Below are positions 9,329-20,400 of a DNA stretch of 64,000 nucleotides, piece after piece. Source of the stretch: Longimicrobiales bacterium (GTDB lineage: Bacteria; Gemmatimonadota; Gemmatimonadetes; Longimicrobiales; Gaopeijiaceae); NCBI GenBank assembly GCA_965249725.1, contig CBDFMQ010000002.1, positions 2,176,001 to 2,240,000 on the forward strand. The letters are read 5' to 3'. The notes under the pieces were generated by a model. The model was not told the origin of the DNA, searched no databases, and worked only from the letters and a program-made list of their open reading frames with translations. Position 1 is the stretch's first letter, and each line of letters begins with the position of its first letter. A program made the position numbers and the translations under genes.

Positions 9329-11466
9329 TCCGATGCTCACTCACTCGGCTGATCCTTAGATGTGCCCGCCGTTTGAACCCGCACCCCGTGGTGCGTCAGT
9401 ATGACCGGGTCGATTGCGGCCCGGCCTGTCTCCTGTCCGTCCTCCGGTTCTACGGAGGAGAGATAGGACTCCCTCGACTGCGATCCTGGTGCGGCACCGA
9501 CGCGAACGGCACGAGCCTACTCGGCCTTCAGAGGGCTGCGACCACCCTCGGATTCGAGGCCCGGGGTGCCAGCGGTACCTTCGAGCAGCTGAGCCAGGAG
9601 CATCTGCCCTGCATCGCTCACGTGGTACAGGAGAAGGCACAACACTACGTCGTCATCTTTGGGGTGCGAGGGCGTCGACTGGAGGTGGGCGACCCCGCGG
9701 CCGGGCTCCGCTGGCTCACACGTGACGAATTCGAGCACATGTGGAGCCATCGAGCGGTGCTGCTCCTCCGGCCGGGCCCGAAGCTCCTTCGCGAACCTCC
9801 ACCGCACTGGTTCAGCTGGGTCCTCTCCCGTATCCGCCACGACTACGGGCTATTGGTGCAATCGGTATTCCTCGGGGTCATCTCCACCGCCCTGGGGCTG
9901 GCTACCGCGGTCGTCGTCCAACGGTTGATCGATGACTTCATCCCACAACACGACGTCGCTCGGATCCTGTGGGCCGGGGGGTTCCTTCTCACGCTCCACG
10001 CGGTGAGGGGGCTCACGGCGTACCTGCGACAGCGCTTCTTGGTAGGGCTCGGGAAGCGGGCCTCCACCGCGATCGCCTCGGAGTTCCTCGAACAGCTCTT
10101 CCGGCTTCCCGCCGGATACTTCGACACGCGAAAGCGCGGCGACGTCATCGCCCGTCTCCAGGACGCCTCGCGGATCCAGAGCGCGGTCCTGGACCTCTTG
10201 GGGAGCACCACCATCGACCTGCTCGTCACCACGCTTTCGATCGCCGCAGTCTTCTACTTCTCACCGCCTTTGGGTTGGATCTCGCTCGTGCTACTGCTCC
10301 CGTGCGCGCTGCTCGCCGGGTCGACCGCGAGGCGGATTCACCGAGAACACGACGCGGCTCTCGGCGCCTACGGGCTTCTGCACGCCTCCTACGTCGATGC
10401 CGTCGACGGAATGGACACCATACGAGGGCTCGGCGTGGGGCGGGTCTTCACGCGGCAGAACCTGGCCCTCTTCGGCCGGTTCCAGACCAGGGTCGAGCGG
10501 CTGGGTCTGACACGTGCCGCAATCGGGTTCCAGGTAGAGAGTTTGAACGGTGCCCTGTTGGCAACGACCCTCACGGTCGGCGCCGTTCAGGTCGTCGCGG
10601 GGAATCTGGGTATCGGGGCCATGATGGCGGCGTATTCGCTGGTAGCGGGCGCTCTGCCGAGCATGCAGCGGGTCATCGAGGGCCTCTTCACGTTCCAGGG
10701 CGGAGGAGCCGCCGCCCAACGACTTCAGGACCTCCTGCTCACTGACCCGGAGAGCAGCGACGGCGTGCTGCCCTTCCGGATGGACGTCGAGTTGAGTCTC
10801 GACGGTGCCGGATTCGAGTGGCCGAACGGGGACTCTGTCCTGAAGGGAGCCCACCTGACCCTGAAGCGCGGTCGGATCGTCGGGGTCAGCGGCGCAAACG
10901 GATCCGGCAAGACCACCCTCGTCCATCTCCTGTCGAGGCGCTATCCGCTCAGGGATGGCCTGCTGAGGGTCGATGAAGTCGATGCATCGAGCATCGACCT
11001 TGAAGCGTACCGGCGCGCGGTGGCCGTCGTCCCGGAGACGGTGAAGATCTTCCATGGCACACTTGGCGAGAACATCGCCCTCGGGGCGATCGGCCTGTGC
11101 GCCCAAGAGCTCGGCCACCGCCTCCGCGATCTCGCGGTGGGCCCGTTCATCAGCCGGTTCAAGGATGGCCTGGAGACGGTACTCGGCGAGGACGGTCGAC
11201 GCCTCTCAGCCGGGGAACGCCAGATGATTGGACTGATACGCGTCCTCCTAGGGCGGCCCTCCGTTCTCATCGTCGACGAAGGCCTGAACGCCCTCGATCC
11301 CCAAACCTATCGGACGGCCGCCCAAGCCCTCTCCGCCCACGCCGAGCGAGGCGCGATTCTGCTCATCTCTCATCACCCGTCGGTGCTGGCGCTCGCCGAT
11401 GAGCGGTTCCGCCTCGAGGGAGGGGCCCTCGCGCCCGTCTCCGAACCCGAGGCCCAGGCGGCGTGA
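9325..11466 (+). CDS. Peptidase C39 domain-containing ABC transporter (PCAT, SunT/ComA-like)
   Basis: N-terminal Q...DCGPACL (catalytic Cys), HYVV (His) and GDP (Asp); transmembrane domain; GANGSGKTT, LSAGERQ, LIVDEG. Confidence 0.93.
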   Translation: MIRCSLTRLILRCARRLNPHPVVRQYDRVDCGPACLLSVLRFYGGEIGLPRLRSWCGTDANGTSLLGLQRAATTLGFEARGASGTFEQLSQEHLPCIAHVVQEKAQHYVVIFGVRGRRLEVGDPAAGLRWLTRDEFEHMWSHRAVLLLRPGPKLLREPPPHWFSWVLSRIRHDYGLLVQSVFLGVISTALGLATAVVVQRLIDDFIPQHDVARILWAGGFLLTLHAVRGLTAYLRQRFLVGLGKRASTAIASEFLEQLFRLPAGYFDTRKRGDVIARLQDASRIQSAVLDLLGSTTIDLLVTTLSIAAVFYFSPPLGWISLVLLLPCALLAGSTARRIHREHDAALGAYGLLHASYVDAVDGMDTIRGLGVGRVFTRQNLALFGRFQTRVERLGLTRAAIGFQVESLNGALLATTLTVGAVQVVAGNLGIGAMMAAYSLVAGALPSMQRVIEGLFTFQGGGAAAQRLQDLLLTDPESSDGVLPFRMDVELSLDGAGFEWPNGDSVLKGAHLTLKRGRIVGVSGANGSGKTTLVHLLSRRYPLRDGLLRVDEVDASSIDLEAYRRAVAVVPETVKIFHGTLGENIALGAIGLCAQELGHRLRDLAVGPFISRFKDGLETVLGEDGRRLSAGERQMIGLIRVLLGRPSVLIVDEGLNALDPQTYRTAAQALSAHAERGAILLISHHPSVLALADERFRLEGGALAPVSEPEAQAA

Positions 11467-11476
11467 GGCCGCTGGC

Positions 11477-12229
11477 ATGACTACACAGCGCGCCTTTCTG
11501 TTGATCACGCTCGCCTGGTTGGGCGTTACGCTCTACACGAACGAACGGGTTCTCGCTCCCGAGGTCATGGCCGATGTGGTTCAACGCACGACCGGTGTCG
11601 AGACGCCGGTCGACCAACTGGAGCAGCTGCGTAGACAGGGCCGGTGGGCGTACCCGCTGCTTCCCGTGCTTCTCGCCATCCGGGTCGGCGTCGCAGGGCT
11701 GGTGCTGCAGCTCGTAGCGATTCTGATGGCACACCCGCTCCGGTACGTGGAGGCATTCCGTGCGGGTCTCTGGGGATTCGGAGCCGTAACGTATGGCACC
11801 TTCATACGGATGCTGAGGTTGGATCTCCTGCCAGCGGGTTCGCTTACGCGGGCGGAGCTGCTTACGGTGCCCGATTCGCTGGCTGTCCTTCTTCCAGGCC
11901 CTGGGCTCAAACCGGGGCCGGCGACGACCGTCCTTTCGGCCACACTGAGCACACTCACCCTACACGATGCCTTGTGGATCGGAATCGTGACGGCCTGCCT
12001 CATGCGCCTGCCCGGACTCGAAGGTCGGCGGGCCTTCACGATCGCCCTGGTCGCTTGGGGCATTACAGCACTAGCGAGAGTCGGCGCCCAGGTCTTCATG
12101 GCCAGCGTGCTCATGTGCCCCGGACCTCGTTGCTCTAGGCCTCCTTGCCCCCACATCGGTCCTCCCCTTACCGTGCTCGTCCGCCCCAGTCGGCGCTGTC
12201 ACACCCATTGCCAGAGAACCGTGCCATGA
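11477..12229 (+). CDS. Membrane protein (Yip1-like), possible immunity/accessory protein
   Basis: ATG 11477, about 5 TM segments, last gene of the PCAT cluster; the Pro/Cys/Arg-rich tail after ~12115 looks like read-through. Confidence 0.6.
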   Translation: MTTQRAFLLITLAWLGVTLYTNERVLAPEVMADVVQRTTGVETPVDQLEQLRRQGRWAYPLLPVLLAIRVGVAGLVLQLVAILMAHPLRYVEAFRAGLWGFGAVTYGTFIRMLRLDLLPAGSLTRAELLTVPDSLAVLLPGPGLKPGPATTVLSATLSTLTLHDALWIGIVTACLMRLPGLEGRRAFTIALVAWGITALARVGAQVFMASVLMCPGPRCSRPPCPHIGPPLTVLVRPSRRCHTHCQRTVP

Positions 12230-12678
12230 GCATCAGAAACGTCGCAGCCTTCGCTCTCCTCGCGCTGGCCACCTTGGCCACCGCCGATCTCTCCGCCCAG
12301 GACCGGACGTACTACGGCGGACGCTCCCCGGCCGACGGGGACAGCGTGACGCCGTTCAGCGGCGCCGTGCAGGTGGGTAACACCCTCTATCTCTCCGGAA
12401 TGCTCGGACTCGAAGGGGGACAGGTGCCCGCTACGGCCGAAGCCGAGGCCCGGAATGTGCTCAACGGCATGCAGAGCGCTCTGGAAGCCGCCGGTATGAC
12501 CATGAACGACCTGGTCATGGTGCAGGTCTACAGCTCGGATGTCTCCGACTACGGCGCGTTCAACAGCGTCTACCGGACCTACTTCACGACCGAATTCCCG
12601 GCCCGGGCGTTCATCGGCGCCGGCACCCTGCTATTCAATGCACGCTTCGAGGTATTAGGAGTCGCGGTCAAACGGTAG
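12226..12678 (+). CDS. RidA/YjgF/YER057c family protein with signal peptide
   Basis: PFSGAVQVGNTLYLSG, FNSVYRTYF...FPAR, FEV; N-terminal MSIRNVAAFALLALATLATADLSAQ. Confidence 0.88.
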   Translation: MSIRNVAAFALLALATLATADLSAQDRTYYGGRSPADGDSVTPFSGAVQVGNTLYLSGMLGLEGGQVPATAEAEARNVLNGMQSALEAAGMTMNDLVMVQVYSSDVSDYGAFNSVYRTYFTTEFPARAFIGAGTLLFNARFEVLGVAVKR

Positions 12679-12853
12679 GAACGCTCTAATCCGGACCGGG
12701 TGCCTCCTCGCGAAGGGGCCCTGGACCTCGACGCTCGACATCCCGTGACTCCGAATGCACATTTAATGGCGCAGGGGAGCGACGTTGGGTCCATCTGGGC
12801 CCCAGACATGGTCCGGCGGAGTTCGCACCAGGCCCCTCGCTAGGGGGCACTGG

Positions 12854-14497
12854 ATGGCGAATCTACAGACACGGACCGGCACTCGTATCGGCTCCTGGAG
12901 CGGTCCGACCGACAGCCTGCTCACGACGCCGACGGAGCGGGCGGAGGGTCTGGCGCGAGTGGGCCTCCCTCTCTACGCCGTCGATCACGGCGACACCTTT
13001 GCGTTCTCGCATGTGGGTGCCGCAGAACTCGGCGGCGAGCCCCGGGTCGAGGGCTTTCCCCTCCTCGCCCTGGCCCCCGCCTGCAAGCCCCAAAACCTCG
13101 GATCGGCTGAATTCGCGCGGGACCATGGCGTCCGTTTCTGCTATCTGGCGGGCGCCATGGCGAACGGAATCGCGTCTGTAGAACTCGTCGAGGCCATGGG
13201 GCGGGCGGGAATGCTGTCGTTCTTCGGCGCCGCCGGCCTCGGACCGGACAAGGTGGAGGACGCCATCGACCACATCTCCACACGTCTGGGTGACCTGCCC
13301 TGGGGCTTCAACCTGATTCACAGCCCCTATGAGCCACGGCTCGAGGAAGCCGTAGCCGACCTATATGTGCGGCGGGGCGTGAGTCGAGTATCGGCCTCGG
13401 CCTACATGGATCTCACGCTGCCGCTCGTGCGGTACCGGCTGCATGGGATCCATGCCGATTCATCGGGCCGGGTCGTGACCCCGCACCGGGTGGTCGCTAA
13501 GGTCTCTCGCATCGAGGTTGCCAGGCGGTTCTTCGCGCCGGCACCAGCCAAGATGGTGGCCGAGTTGGTGGCTCGCGGAGACCTGACCGAAGAACAGGCC
13601 CAGATGGCTAATCGCGTCCCGGTCGCGCAGGACCTGACGGTGGAGGCGGACTCCGGCGGCCATACGGACAACCGGCCCGCCATCGCCCTTCTCCCCACGA
13701 TGCTTGCCCTACGCGATCGACTCCAACTCGAGCACGAATACGAGATGCCTCTGCGTGTAGGTGCCGCTGGCGGAATCTCGACGCCGCATTCCGTGGCCGC
13801 CGCGTTCGCGATGGGTGCCGATTACGTGATGACGGGCTCCGTGAATCAGGCGTGCCGAGAGGCCGGCACGTCCGATACGGTGCGCCAAATGCTCGCTGAG
13901 GCGGAGCAGGCGGACGTGACCATGGCTCCGGCCGCGGACATGTTCGAAATGGGCGTCAGGTTGCAGGTCCTCAAGCGTGGGACGATGTTTCCCATGAGGG
14001 CTCACCGCCTTTATGATCTCTATAGAGCCCATGCAGGGCTCGAAGACATCCCCAACGACGAACGGCAGAATCTAGAGCGTACGATTTTCCGTACGTCATT
14101 GGACGAGATCTGGAACGAGACGCGCAGCTTCTGGGAAGCACGTGACCCGGTTCAGGTCGAAAAAGCCGAGCGCGATCCGAAACATCGGATGGCGCTGGTC
14201 TTTCGGTGGTATCTGGGGATGTCTTCGCGGTGGGCGAACCGCGGTGAACCGGGTCGTGAGATGGACTATCAGGTGTGGTGCGGCCCGGCGATGGGAGCCT
14301 TCAACGAATGGGTAAGGGGCAGCGTGCTCGAGCCCTGGGAGAATCGTCGCGCGGTAAGCGCGGCGCACAACATGTTGCACGGTGCTGCGGTCATTGGACG
14401 AGCGAACGCTCTACGCAGCCAGGGAGTGGAGTTGCCGGCCACCGATGTGGACGTCCGCCCCCGAGAAACAGATGAACTCGAGGAATTGCTGTCTTGA
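12854..14497 (+). CDS. pfaD: PfaD family PUFA synthase enoyl-ACP reductase (FabK-like)
   Basis: GAMANGIAS, VEADSGGHTDN, APAADMFEMG, MALVFRWYLG and DYQVWCGPAMGAFN motifs. Confidence 0.93.
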   Translation: MANLQTRTGTRIGSWSGPTDSLLTTPTERAEGLARVGLPLYAVDHGDTFAFSHVGAAELGGEPRVEGFPLLALAPACKPQNLGSAEFARDHGVRFCYLAGAMANGIASVELVEAMGRAGMLSFFGAAGLGPDKVEDAIDHISTRLGDLPWGFNLIHSPYEPRLEEAVADLYVRRGVSRVSASAYMDLTLPLVRYRLHGIHADSSGRVVTPHRVVAKVSRIEVARRFFAPAPAKMVAELVARGDLTEEQAQMANRVPVAQDLTVEADSGGHTDNRPAIALLPTMLALRDRLQLEHEYEMPLRVGAAGGISTPHSVAAAFAMGADYVMTGSVNQACREAGTSDTVRQMLAEAEQADVTMAPAADMFEMGVRLQVLKRGTMFPMRAHRLYDLYRAHAGLEDIPNDERQNLERTIFRTSLDEIWNETRSFWEARDPVQVEKAERDPKHRMALVFRWYLGMSSRWANRGEPGREMDYQVWCGPAMGAFNEWVRGSVLEPWENRRAVSAAHNMLHGAAVIGRANALRSQGVELPATDVDVRPRETDELEELLS

Positions 14498-17400
14498 GCG
14501 ATCGGAATGAGAATCGGGCCGCGGCCCAGTCACCCATAGCCATCGTCGGCATCGCCTGCGTATTCCCCAAGGCGGGCGGCCTGCATGACTACTGGGCCAA
14601 TGTGCGGAACGGTGTTGACGCCATTACCGAGATCCCCGGGGCGCATTGGAAGACGTCGGAGTACTACGACGCCGACCCAAAGCGGCCGGACATGACGTAT
14701 GGCCGCCGCGGCGGCTTCATCGATCCCATCGACTTCGAGCCCATGGCCTTCGGCATCCCGCCGCGGGACCTCGAAGCCACGGACAGCACCCAACTTCTCG
14801 GCCTGCACGTGGCCCGTCAGGCTCTCGACGACGCCGGCTACGGCGCCGAGGGTCGCGAGTTCGATCGCGAGAAGACGAGCGTCATCCTAGGCGTGAGCGG
14901 TACGCTGCCGTTGGTGATTCCTCTAGGCGCCCGCCTCGGACACCCCATCTGGCGCAAAGCGCTGGAAGATGCCGGGGTCGACCCCGAGACGACCGAAGAC
15001 GTCATCGAGCGTATCGGCGAAGGCTACGTCCCGTGGCAGGAGAACTCCTTCCCCGGACTCCTCGCCAACGTCGTGGCCGGCCGCATCGCGAATCGCCTCG
15101 ACCTTCACGGGACCAACTGCATCGTTGATGCGGCCTGCGCTTCGTCGCTCAGCGCGGTTCATCTCGCGGCTCTCGAGCTCGAGTCCGGCCGGTCGGACAT
15201 GGTCCTGAGCGGTGGCCTGGACACGTTCAACGACATCTTCATGTACATGTGCTTCTCCAAGACGCCGGCGCTGTCGGCCACGGGGAATGCTCGCCCGTTC
15301 AATAATGAGGCCGACGGCACGATTCTGGGTGAGGGCGTCGGCATGCTGGTACTCAAGCGGTTGGGGGATGCGGAACGAGACGGCGACCGCATCTATGCCG
15401 TGATCAAGGGCATCGGATCTTCTTCCGATGGCAAAGGACAGGCCGTATACGCGCCAGCCCCCGAGGGTCAGGCACGGGCGTTGCGATCGGCATACGAGAA
15501 CGCCGGCATCCGGCCCGACACCGTCGAGCTCGTCGAGGGTCACGGCACGGGCACCCGTGTCGGTGACGCCACCGAAGCGAAGGGCCTGACGACCGTCTAC
15601 CGAGAGGCCAACCCTGAGGGCACGTGGTGCGCCCTCGGATCCGTAAAGTCGATGATCGGTCACACCAAGGCCGCGGCGGGAGCGGCGGGCCTGATCAAGA
15701 CGGCTATGGCGCTCCACCACAAGACTCTTCCCCCAACCATCAAAGTGGAGAGCCCCAACGAGGCAGTGGCCACAGGGGAGACCCCGTTCTACGTGAACAC
15801 CGAGAAGCGCCCCTGGCTGCCCAAGAGCGCGCACCCGCGCCGCGCCGGCGTGAGCGCATTCGGGTTCGGGGGCAGCAACTTCCACTGCGTGGTGGAGGAG
15901 TACGAGTCGAACGCCACGGAGGTCGATTGGGACGGCCGCGATCAGCTGATCGCCTTCTCAGCCGCCGATAGGGAGGCCCTCGCAGCGCAGCTCGAGGAGT
16001 TCGAGGCGGAGGGCGACTGGTCTGACATCCGGGGACGGGCCGCCGAGAGCCGGGTCCGCTTCGACGTGTCGGACGAGATAAGGCTGCTTCTTGTCGCCGA
16101 CCGGGACGGGACCCCCGTCGCCGATCTGATCGGGATGGCGCTCTCGCAGTTGAAGAACGAACGAGCGTCGTGGACGATGCCCCAGGGCATCTACTTCGGG
16201 TCCGGGGCCGCCAAGGGCAAATGGGCGGCGTGCTTCCCTGGACAGGGCGCCCAATACGTCGGAATGCTCCGCGAACTGGCGTGCCGCTTCCCTGCTGCTG
16301 CCGACGCCTTGGCGGCTTCGGACGAAGTCACGCCGGGGCTTGCCGACCGGGTCTATCCGCATCCGGCCTTCGACGACGCCACTCGATCGCAGCAGGAGGA
16401 CGCGCTCCGTGCCACGGAGACCGCCCAGCCCGCCATCGGCGCGGTCAGTCTGGCCGCTCTCCGAGTGCTCGAGCAGTTCGGTCTCAAGCCCGATGCTACG
16501 TGCGGCCACAGCTACGGTGAACTCGTAGCCCTGTGCGCCGCAGGACGCCTCCGGCCCATGGAGCTGTACCAACTGTCGCGGCGCCGTGGTGAGCTCATGG
16601 CGATCGGGGACGGAGACCACGGCTCGATGCTGGCCGTGGCGGCAGAACTGGAGTGGGTCAAACAGTTCTTGCGGACCCATGACCTGGACTTGGTCGTGGC
16701 GAACCACAACGCGCCGGAGCAGGCCGTTCTTTCCGGGATCACGTACGAAATCGAGCGCGCCCAGGATCTCTTGTCCAAAGAGGGCGTGAGAGTAAAGCGC
16801 CTCGCCGTAGCCGCTGCTTTCCACAGCAGCCTCGTGGCCCAGGCGGGTGCGCCGTTCGCCGAGAGCCTCACGAGCATCGACGTGACGGGCAGCGACGTGA
16901 CGGTGTACGCCAACGCCACGGGCGCCGCCTATCCGGAGCGCTCGGCCGACGCCCGCGAGCTACTGGCGAGCCAGCTGACGTCGCCCGTGGAGTTCGTCGG
17001 GTGCGTGAAGTCGATGTTCGAGGATGGCGTGCGGACCTTCGTGGAGGTGGGCCCTGGGCGTCGCCTCTCGGCCCTCATCGACGAGATCCTGGCCGGAGAG
17101 GACATTTCCACCGTGGCCATCGATGCTTCCTCCGGCCGCCGAGCCGGGCTGGTGGACCTTGCCCGAACGCTGGCCCAGGTGGCCGCGGAAGGGCATCCTG
17201 TGGCCCTGGATCGGTGGGATGATGGAGCCCTCGAGGCCTGGCAGCACGAGATCGCTCGCGGCAAGCCGACAATGACCGTTCCCATTTCTGGTGTGAACCA
17301 CGTGGACCCAAGACCGAAGCGGCCGCCGAGAGCGGCTGTGCCGACTAGGGCGCCCTCGTCCACATCGGATCCACAACTGTTGGCCGAGGCCATGCGCGCG

Positions 17401-20400
17401 AGTCAGGCGAGCCTCCAAGCGCTGGTGCGGCTCCAGGAGCAGACGGCGGACGTACACCGCCGATTCCTCGAGTCTCAGGAGCGGACCATTCAGGCCATCG
17501 CAAGACAGCAGGGACTGTTGCCAGAGGCGTCGATCCCACCGGCCATGCCGGCTGCGGTGGCGGCTCCCGTTGTGATGCCGGAACCCGTTCTGCTCCAGAC
17601 GCCCGCGGTGCCTGCTGAGCCTGCACCTGTTGAGCCTGCACCTGCCGGGCCTGCATCTGCTCAGCCGACGTCCGTTGAGTCCGCACCTGCGCCCGAGTCG
17701 GACGCCCCCGTGCCCGGCATCGCTGCGGCGCTCCTTTCGGTCGTGTCCGAGAAGACCGGGTATCCCGAAGAGATGCTCGAGCTTTCCATGGGACTCGACG
17801 CGGATCTGGGCATCGACTCGATCAAGCGGGTTGAGATCCTGTCCGCCCTCCAGGAGCGGCTTCCGGGCGCACCGGTCATCACACCCGAGCACTTGGGCGA
17901 AATCCAGACGCTCGGACAGATCGTCGAATTCCTGGGCGGGTCTGCCTCCGAAGCGGACGGACCGTCGGTGGACGCCGGCAACGGTGGGGTCGAAGCGACG
18001 CCCGCAGCCGAGTCGACCACCGCCAGCATAGCTGAGCCGGAAGCAACGGTGGCCGGCAATGGCGCGGCCGACACTGAGACCAACGGAACCGCCGATGCGC
18101 CACGGATCGCGGAGGTCCTGCTCGCGGTGGTCGCGGACAAGACGGGATATCCCGTCGACATGCTCGATGTGTCGATGAATCTGGACGCGGACCTGGGTAT
18201 CGACTCGATCAAGCGGGTCGAGATCCTGGCCGCACTGCAGGAAGCGCTCCCGGAGGCTCCGGTCGTGGCTCCGGACCAACTCGGCGAACTGCGTACGCTC
18301 AGCCAGATCGTGGACGTGCTCGCGCAGGGGGGCGAGGCCGAGCCCACGCCCTCGCTGGCCGTTGCAGACCTGCCGGTTCAGACCGCCGCGACCGTCGCGA
18401 CCGGTGTCGAGCGTCTCGTACCGACGCTTCGGCCCCTCGGCGCGATCGGAGATCCGATCGGGCTGCCGGCAGGATCCAAGATCTGGGTGACCAAGAGTGG
18501 CGACGTCCTCTCGGGCCAGATCGTCGAGGAACTCAGTGCACAGGGCTACTCCGCCGAAGAGGTGGAACTGACCGACCCGACGCAGGACCCACCCGATGAC
18601 GTAGCCGGCCTGATCGTGGTCGTACCTCCCCGGGTCACCGACGAGGACATCCTCTTCGGCTTCGGGCGTGTGCGGGCCATGGCCCCCGTCCTTCGTCGCG
18701 CAGCGCTGCAGGGCGGTGCCCTCCTGTGCAGCGTGACTTGTCTCGGCGGCGGCTTCGCCCTCGAAGCGGCTCCCCCCGAAGATGTGGACCCGACGGGCGG
18801 CGCTTGGGGTGGCATGACCAAGACGGCCGCAGCGGAATGGACCGAGGTCGACTGCAAGTGCATCGACGTGGACCCCAACCGCATCGACCTCGCGTCGGAC
18901 GTAGTCAAGTACGCCCTCTCGGAGGGGCCGGTTGAAATCGGCCTGGGGAGCAACGGGCCAGTCACGGTGGTCCTCGAACCACAGCCGGTCGAGCCTGCGG
19001 CACACGCGGCCCTGGGATCCGACGACGTGGTGTTGATCACCGGTGGGGCCCGGGGTGTGACCGCAGAGGTAGCAGTAGCCATGGCCGAGGCGGGACAGCC
19101 ACGGCTCATCCTCATGGGCCGCAGCGCCGAGCCGACCAGTGAGCCCGACTGGCTCATCGGCCTCGACGGAGAGGCGGACATCAAGCGCGCCATCGTGGCC
19201 CAGGCGGGTCCGGGCGTCAGCCCCCAAGAGGTGCAAGCGGAGTTCAACCGCATCCAGGCCAGCCGGGAGATCCTGCGAAACCTCGCCCGGATCTCGGCGG
19301 CAGGTTCCGAGGTCGTGTATTCGTCTGTGGATGTACGTGAGCCCGAAGCCGTACGTGCCCGCCTCGAACCGCTGATCGAGGCGTATGGACCGATCACTGG
19401 GCTCGTGCATGGAGCCGGTGTTCTGGCCGACCGCAACATCGAAGACAAGAGCGACGAGGATTTCGCTTTCGTCTATGACACCAAAGTGGGTGGATTGCGC
19501 TCCGTGCTCGCTGCGCTGGAGGACGCTCCGCTGAAGACGATGGTGATGTTCTCCTCGTCGACAGCCCGCTTCGGGCGACGCGGGCAATCGGATTACGCCG
19601 CGGCCAACGAGGTGCTGAACAAGGTGGCGCAGGTCGAAGCCGCCCGCCGGGAAGGCTGTAGAGTGGTCTCGGTAAACTGGGGCCCGTGGGATGGTGGCAT
19701 GGTGACCCCGGCCCTGAAGGACATGTTCTCCGCCGAGGGCATCGAAGTGATCGGCATGGAGAGCGGAGCCGCCTACCTGCTCGACGAGATCGCGTGCGAC
19801 GGACCCGCCGAGGTGCTCATTCTCGGGGCAGGGTCACAGCTGCCCACCGAGAAGTACGCGTCGGTGGAAGCCACCAACAGCGCCGCGCCGGACGAGTTGC
19901 CGGTGGTCTTCGAGCGGACGATCACTACCGACACCCACGAGTTCATGGCGTCCCACGTCCTGGACGGTCATGCCGTGCTCCCGGCCGCGATGACGTTGGA
20001 ATGGCTCGCCCACAGTGCTCTCCACGGGAATCCGGGACTGCGTTTCGTCGGCGTGGACGACTTCCGCGTCTTCAAGGGCGTGCTCGTTCAGTCACAGGAG
20101 TCCGTGCAGGTACGCGTTTGTGCCGACGCGGCTCGCCGACGTGGAGACGAGTTCGTCGTGACCGCGGAGCTCTGCAGCGGTGGCAGCAATGGCCGCCGGG
20201 TGCTCCACGCCAGAGCCGAGATCGTCTTGGCGGCGAGGCAGCCCGACGCGGTAACGCCCAACGCCTCCAAGGACCTTCCGGCGCTCAAGCAGTCGATCGA
20301 AAGCATTTATGCCGAGACACTCTTCCACGGACCGGCAATGCGGGGCCTGGTCGACGTGGAGAGCTGTGGTGACTCGGGTCTCGTGGCTCGCTGCCGGGTC

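Noticed and set aside
16960..19587. 875-aa minus-strand ORF and many other long antisense or alternate-frame ORFs (e.g. 2844-4217, 23409-24608, 37802-39022)
   Set aside because: They are shadows of well-supported genes in high-GC DNA, with Arg/Gly/His-rich composition and no motifs.
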